Part shown: positions 59,713 to 64,000 of the stretch, in pieces
Numbering within the stretch: position 1 is the first letter of the stretch
Layout of the letters: every line of letters begins with the position of its first letter
NCBI GenBank assembly: GCA_965237415.1
Contig: CBDEFM010000002.1
Location: forward strand, 2,144,001-2,208,000
Length of the DNA: 64,000 nt
Direction of reading: 5' to 3'
DNA from: Alphaproteobacteria bacterium
Lineage (GTDB): Bacteria > Pseudomonadota > Alphaproteobacteria > UBA828
The notes under the pieces: generated by a model
Told to the model about the DNA's origin: nothing
What the model saw: only the letters and a program-made list of their open reading frames with translations
Databases searched by the model: none
Made by a program: the position numbers and the translations under genes

Positions 59713-60162
59713 ATGCGCTTGATAGGAGTGGCGGTCGCCGGCATGGCCGCAGGAGCGATCGCGCTCAGCGCCGTCGCCACGGCGCCGGCATCGGCGGCGT
59801 CGGAACCGCAGCGGGTCACGGTGACCGGCGAGGTCATCGATTCCTGGTGCTATCTGAGCGAGATCATGTGGGCGGAAGGCTCGGCCCATCACCGCTGCGC
59901 GGTCTGGTGCGCGCGCGGCGGCGTGCCGGTGGGCATCCTCGGTGAGGACGAGGAGGTCTATATCGTGCTCATGATGGAGAACGATCCCAACGTGATCGGC
60001 AACAAGGCGGTGTTCCGCATCCAGACCAAGGAGGTCGTCGTCACCGGCGATCTCTACGAGCGCGACAGCGTCAAGTATCTCGCCGTCAGCGAGATCGTCG
60101 AAGACCACGGGATCGTGAACTACTCCCACGAAGACTTCGACATCCAGCCGGGAGGGCTCTGA
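59713..60162 (+). CDS. Secreted Cys/His-containing hypothetical protein A
   Basis: Signal peptide; VTVTGEVIDSWCY...HHRCAVWCARGGVPVGIL...V.VTG. Confidence 0.78.
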   Translation: MRLIGVAVAGMAAGAIALSAVATAPASAASEPQRVTVTGEVIDSWCYLSEIMWAEGSAHHRCAVWCARGGVPVGILGEDEEVYIVLMMENDPNVIGNKAVFRIQTKEVVVTGDLYERDSVKYLAVSEIVEDHGIVNYSHEDFDIQPGGL

Positions 60163-60164
60163 TC

Positions 60165-60710
60165 ATGTGGGCCAATCGCACCCTCGTCCGCCTCGCCGCC
60201 GCGCTCGCGGTGGCAGGCTCCATGGCGGTCTCCGGCATCGCGGCCGCGGCCAACAGCTGGGGGCTGCCCGACGAAGTCGAGGCGCGCTTCGACGCCACGG
60301 TCACCGACGTGCTCTGCGTGCTCGGCGGCGATTGTCCCGAGGACTGCGGCGCCGGCAATCGCCTGCTGGGCCTGCTGCAGGATGACGGCACTTTGGTGCT
60401 GCCGCTCAAGAACGCGGGCCCCTTCACCGGCCCGACGGTCGATCTCATCGCCTTCTGCAATCAGCGGGTGACGGTCGACGGCCTCTTCACGACCAACTAC
60501 GGCGTCACCACCTTCGCCGTCCAGTTCGTGCGGCCCGAGGGCGGCAAGTGGCGCGGCGCTAACGGGTTCGTCCGTCAATGGGCCAAGGAGCGCGGCCTGG
60601 AGACGAAGGACAAGAAGGCGCGGCGCTGGATGCGCAACGACGAGACGATCCTCGAGCTGATCGAGGAGCAGGGCGTGCTCGGCCTCAAGAGCGAGGGAAT
60701 CACCCCCTAG
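60165..60710 (+). CDS. Secreted Cys-containing hypothetical protein B
   Basis: Signal peptide; VTDVLC..GGDCPEDCG.G.R.LGLL..DG...C...VTVDG; 2 bp after protein A. Confidence 0.78.
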   Translation: MWANRTLVRLAAALAVAGSMAVSGIAAAANSWGLPDEVEARFDATVTDVLCVLGGDCPEDCGAGNRLLGLLQDDGTLVLPLKNAGPFTGPTVDLIAFCNQRVTVDGLFTTNYGVTTFAVQFVRPEGGKWRGANGFVRQWAKERGLETKDKKARRWMRNDETILELIEEQGVLGLKSEGITP

Positions 60711-60808
60711 CCCAGCCGGAAGGGCGGCGCGCGGAGCCCGTGCGCCGCCGGCAGGCTGCAGATTGACCGCCGGTGCCGGCGCCGGGCGGCGCGACAGATG
60801 AGCCTGCG

Positions 60809-61432
60809 ATGAGCCGGTTCCCGCTCGATTCATCCGGCCTCTGGCGCGAGGTGCGTATCGGGGGGCCGGCGGCACCCGCCCCTGGGCTCTTCCTCGACCG
60901 CGACGGCTCGCTCATCGAGCTGGTTGACTATCTCAGACGTGCCGACGAGGTCGTGCCGATCCCCGGCGCCTTCGAGAGCCTGGCTCAGGCTGCGCGCTGC
61001 GGCTATCGCGTGGTCATCGTCACCAACCAGTCGGGCGTCGACCGCGGCTACTATGGGTGGGATGCGTTCGCCGCGGTCCAGGAGCGTGTGATCGCACTCG
61101 CAGACGCCGCCGGCGGCCGGATCGACGCGGTCTACGCCTGCCCGGCGCTGCCGGGGAGCGGCGCCCCATGCCGCAAGCCGGCGCCCGGCATGATCCTCGC
61201 CGGCGCCGCCGATCTCGGGATCGACCTCGGCGCAAGCTGGATCGTTGGCGATTCGGCAAGCGATCTGGAGGCCGGTCGCCGCGCCGGCCTCGCGCGCGGC
61301 TGGCTGGTACCGATCGGCTATGGCGCGCGCGACCGGGGCCTCGCTGCGGGCTTGGCGCGCGGCGACTTCCGCGTCACCATCGGGCGACCGATCGCTGCAC
61401 TCGGCGCGGCGCTCGCCGCAGATCGGGCCTGA
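60809..61432 (+). CDS. HAD-IIIA phosphatase (GmhB-like heptose bisphosphate phosphatase)
   Basis: FLDRDG, VTNQSG..RG, CRKP.PGM, VGD..SD..AG. Confidence 0.85.
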   Translation: MSRFPLDSSGLWREVRIGGPAAPAPGLFLDRDGSLIELVDYLRRADEVVPIPGAFESLAQAARCGYRVVIVTNQSGVDRGYYGWDAFAAVQERVIALADAAGGRIDAVYACPALPGSGAPCRKPAPGMILAGAADLGIDLGASWIVGDSASDLEAGRRAGLARGWLVPIGYGARDRGLAAGLARGDFRVTIGRPIAALGAALAADRA

Positions 61433-61449
61433 CCGGCGGAGCGGACTTC

Positions 61450-62070
61450 ATGACCTTCCCCGACAAAGGCTATTCGTCGATCGCGGACTACTGCGATGAC
61501 TATCTCGCTCGGCTGGCACGGGCCGGCGCCTCCATCGACTGCGCTCGGCTCGGCGAGACCTGCGACCTGCTCGATGCGGCGTTTGCCCGCAGCGCGTGGC
61601 TCTTCGTCTGCGGCAATGGCGGCTCGGCGGCGATCGCCAACCACCTGCTCTGCGATGTCGCCAAGGGGGTGCAGACCGACACTGGCGTGCTGCCGCGGGT
61701 GATGAGCCTGAGCGCGAACATGGAGATCGTTACGGCGATCGCCAACGACATCGCGTTCGAAGATTGCTTCGTCTACCAGGTCAGGACCGCAGCCCGGCCC
61801 GGCGACGTGCTGATGACCGTTTCGGCCTCGGGCGACTCGGAGAATATCGTTCGCGCGCTCGATTGGGCCGGTGCGAACGGGCTCGAGAGCATCGCACTAA
61901 CGGGCTTCGACGGCGGTCGCGCGGCGGCGCTCGCCACCATCAACCTACACGTCGACGGCGACAATTACGGCGTGATCGAGGACACCCACCAGTCGATCAT
62001 GCACATGCTCTCGCAATACCTGCGCCAGGCGAAGATGCCGGACGCGCTCATCGCCGAGCGGAAGTTCTAG
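61450..62070 (+). CDS. SIS-domain sugar-phosphate isomerase (GmhA-like)
   Basis: CGNGGS, TAIAND, S.SG.S.N, LTGFDGG, ED.H...H. Confidence 0.85.
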   Translation: MTFPDKGYSSIADYCDDYLARLARAGASIDCARLGETCDLLDAAFARSAWLFVCGNGGSAAIANHLLCDVAKGVQTDTGVLPRVMSLSANMEIVTAIANDIAFEDCFVYQVRTAARPGDVLMTVSASGDSENIVRALDWAGANGLESIALTGFDGGRAAALATINLHVDGDNYGVIEDTHQSIMHMLSQYLRQAKMPDALIAERKF

Positions 62071-62684
62071 CCGACGAAGCGGATCGCCAACACGGCGGCG
62101 GCGAGCACGACGAAGGCGCCCAAAGCCACCCAGCCCAGGTGCCGCTCGATGAAGGCGCGGGCCGGCGGGCCGAACTGCCAGAGAAGCGCCGCCACGATAT
62201 AGAAGCGCAAGCCCCGCGCGACCAGCGAGGCGAGGATGAACACGCCGATGTCGAGCTTCCCGGCCCCACTCGCGATGGTGATGAGCTTGTAGGGGAGCGG
62301 GGTGAAGCCGCCGGCGACGACGATCCAGGCACCCCATTCGTCCCGGTAACGCTCGAAGATCGAGAGCTTCTCCTCATTGCCCCAGAGCTCGAGGAGCGGG
62401 CCGCCGAAGGCATCGAAGAGATAGTAGCCGATGGCGTAGCCGAAGAGGCCGCCGGCCATCGATGACACTGTGCAGACACCGGCCAGCAGCCATGCCTTTG
62501 CGCGGCGCGCCAGGACCATGGGGATGAGCAGCAGGTCCGGCGGGATCGGGAAGAACGAGCTTTCCGCGAACGCGACGGCAGCGAGCGCCCAGACGGCATG
62601 CCGCTTGCCGGCAAGCGCCAGCGTCCAATCGTAGAGCCTGCGGAGCGGCCCCGGGCTCCGCCCCCCCTCAGGCCCCCTCGTCAC
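62067..62684 (-). CDS. YqaA/DedA-family membrane protein
   Basis: LRRLYDW, FAESSFFPIPPD, GFTP.PYK..TI.SG, R..RF; start approximate. Confidence 0.88.
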   Translation of the reverse strand: MTRGPEGGRSPGPLRRLYDWTLALAGKRHAVWALAAVAFAESSFFPIPPDLLLIPMVLARRAKAWLLAGVCTVSSMAGGLFGYAIGYYLFDAFGGPLLELWGNEEKLSIFERYRDEWGAWIVVAGGFTPLPYKLITIASGAGKLDIGVFILASLVARGLRFYIVAALLWQFGPPARAFIERHLGWVALGAFVVLAAAVLAIRFVG

Positions 62685-62765
62685 GCGCCCGGCTCTCCCG
62701 CGCCCGGTTGACCGTCGCCCACCCCGGCCCAACAATGCCGGGAGCGTTCCGGACGGGCACCCTTC

Positions 62766-63857
62766 ATGCAGTCTAAACTCATTCTCTTCGCCGCCTCGGC
62801 CGGCATTGCCGCGCTCACCGTTTACCTGTTGATCTCCGGGCGGGACATCCTGATCCCGATCGCCATCGCCGTTATGGCCTGGTACCTGGTCAACGCCATC
62901 GCCCGCGGGATCATGAAGCTCAGCATACGCGGCGTTCGCCCGCCGCGCTGGGCGGCGCTCGCGCTCACGGTGCTCGCGGCCATCGCGGCGGTCATGTCGC
63001 TGGCCGAGATGGTGAGCGGCAACTTCACCGCAGTCGTCGATGCCATCCCCACCTATCAAGCCAATCTCCAGCGGCTGATCGGAGAGGCAGCCGCGCTGTT
63101 CGGGCTCCAGGAAACGCCGAACCTGACCGAGCTCGTCGATCGCGTCGACTTCAGGGCGGTCGTCAGCAGCCTCGCCGCGACGCTGACCGGAATCGCCGGC
63201 GAGGCCGGGCTCATCCTGGTCTACGTGCTCTTTCTCTTCGTCGAGCAGGGCAGCTTCAACCGCAAGATGAACGCGCTCTTTCCAGACCGGGAACGTGAAG
63301 AGCGGGTGCGCAGCATCCTCAGCCACATGACCCAGGAGATTCAGAACTATCTCTGGATCAAGACCTTCACCAGCGCGCTGACGGCGGGCCTGAGCTTTGC
63401 CGTGCTGGCGTCGGTGGGCGTCGACTACGCGGGCTTCTGGGCTGTCATCATCTTCCTGCTGAACTACATCCCGACCATCGGCTCGCTGCTGGGCATCCTC
63501 TTCCCTGCGCTTCTGGCGCTCGTCCAGTTCGATACCGTCGTGCCCTTCCTCATCGTCACGCCGAGCCTCGCCGTCATCCAGGTCTTCATCGGCAATTTTC
63601 TGGAGCCGATGATGATGGGGTCCTCGCTCAACATCAGCCCCTTCGCGACCCTGGTCTCGCTTGCGGTGTGGGGCTCGATTTGGGGTATACCAGGGATGTT
63701 CCTCTGCGTGCCCATCACCGTGATCGCCATGATCATCTTCGCCCACTTCCCGCGCACGCGGCCCGTCGCGGTCATGCTATCGACCGACGGCCGCGTCGCC
63801 TGGGGCGAGACCGAGCCCCGACCGCCGCCCGACCCCCGCCCGCCGCCTGGAGCCTAA
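62766..63857 (+). CDS. AI-2E family transporter
   Basis: Hydrophobic; LNYIP.IG, GN.LEP..MG.SL..SP, WG..WG.PGM.L.VP. Confidence 0.9.
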   Translation: MQSKLILFAASAGIAALTVYLLISGRDILIPIAIAVMAWYLVNAIARGIMKLSIRGVRPPRWAALALTVLAAIAAVMSLAEMVSGNFTAVVDAIPTYQANLQRLIGEAAALFGLQETPNLTELVDRVDFRAVVSSLAATLTGIAGEAGLILVYVLFLFVEQGSFNRKMNALFPDREREERVRSILSHMTQEIQNYLWIKTFTSALTAGLSFAVLASVGVDYAGFWAVIIFLLNYIPTIGSLLGILFPALLALVQFDTVVPFLIVTPSLAVIQVFIGNFLEPMMMGSSLNISPFATLVSLAVWGSIWGIPGMFLCVPITVIAMIIFAHFPRTRPVAVMLSTDGRVAWGETEPRPPPDPRPPPGA

Positions 63858-63859
63858 AC

Positions 63860-64000
63860 ATGACCGCTACCCAGGAAGACGCCCTCGCGATCGACGCCGG
63901 GCGGCTGAGGGAGGCCGTTGCCGCGATCTTCCAGGCCGCCGGTTGCGACGAGGCCGAGGGCGCGCGCATCGCCCGCTACCTGGTCGAGTCCAACCTCACC
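63860..64000 (+). CDS. Ldh_2-family oxidoreductase, 5' part (runs off the window)
   Basis: MTATQEDALAIDAGRLREAVAAIFQAAGCDEAEGARIARYLVESNLT resembles the N-terminus preceding the G.DSHG motif. Confidence 0.65.
   Translation, partial: MTATQEDALAIDAGRLREAVAAIFQAAGCDEAEGARIARYLVESNLT

Overview
High-GC bacterial DNA. Gene content and order (argD-argF, hemF-coaBC-dut, cysK-moeB, acs, Liv-type ABC operons) suggest an alphaproteobacterium; a host-associated lifestyle is only an inference from the Sel1 protein, TA/RM modules and gene decay. The left ~15 kb looks accessory: HU remnant, Sel1-repeat trypsin protease, truncated M20 hydrolase, an RpiR-flanked ABC+amidase catabolic operon, a TraA-like relaxase fragment, a 45-bp 3' tRNA-Met (att-like) fragment and two intact tandem tyrosine integrases next to a truncated arsC. 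The rest is mostly metabolic or housekeeping genes, interspersed with TA modules, a putative type II RM pair, a stand-alone KamA-family radical SAM gene and several deletion chimeras. Most notable: (i) the dual-integrase/tRNA-Met att module; (ii) a putative VapB antitoxin carrying an internal Mrr_N-like winged helix; (iii) two near-identical inverted copies, 21 kb apart, of a 48-bp non-coding array of five helically phased ATCCC units; (iv) a TA locus whose toxin has been almost entirely deleted while promoter, operator and antitoxin remain. No rRNA, intact tRNA or CRISPR array was seen. All product calls are from motif recognition by eye; no database searches were run.
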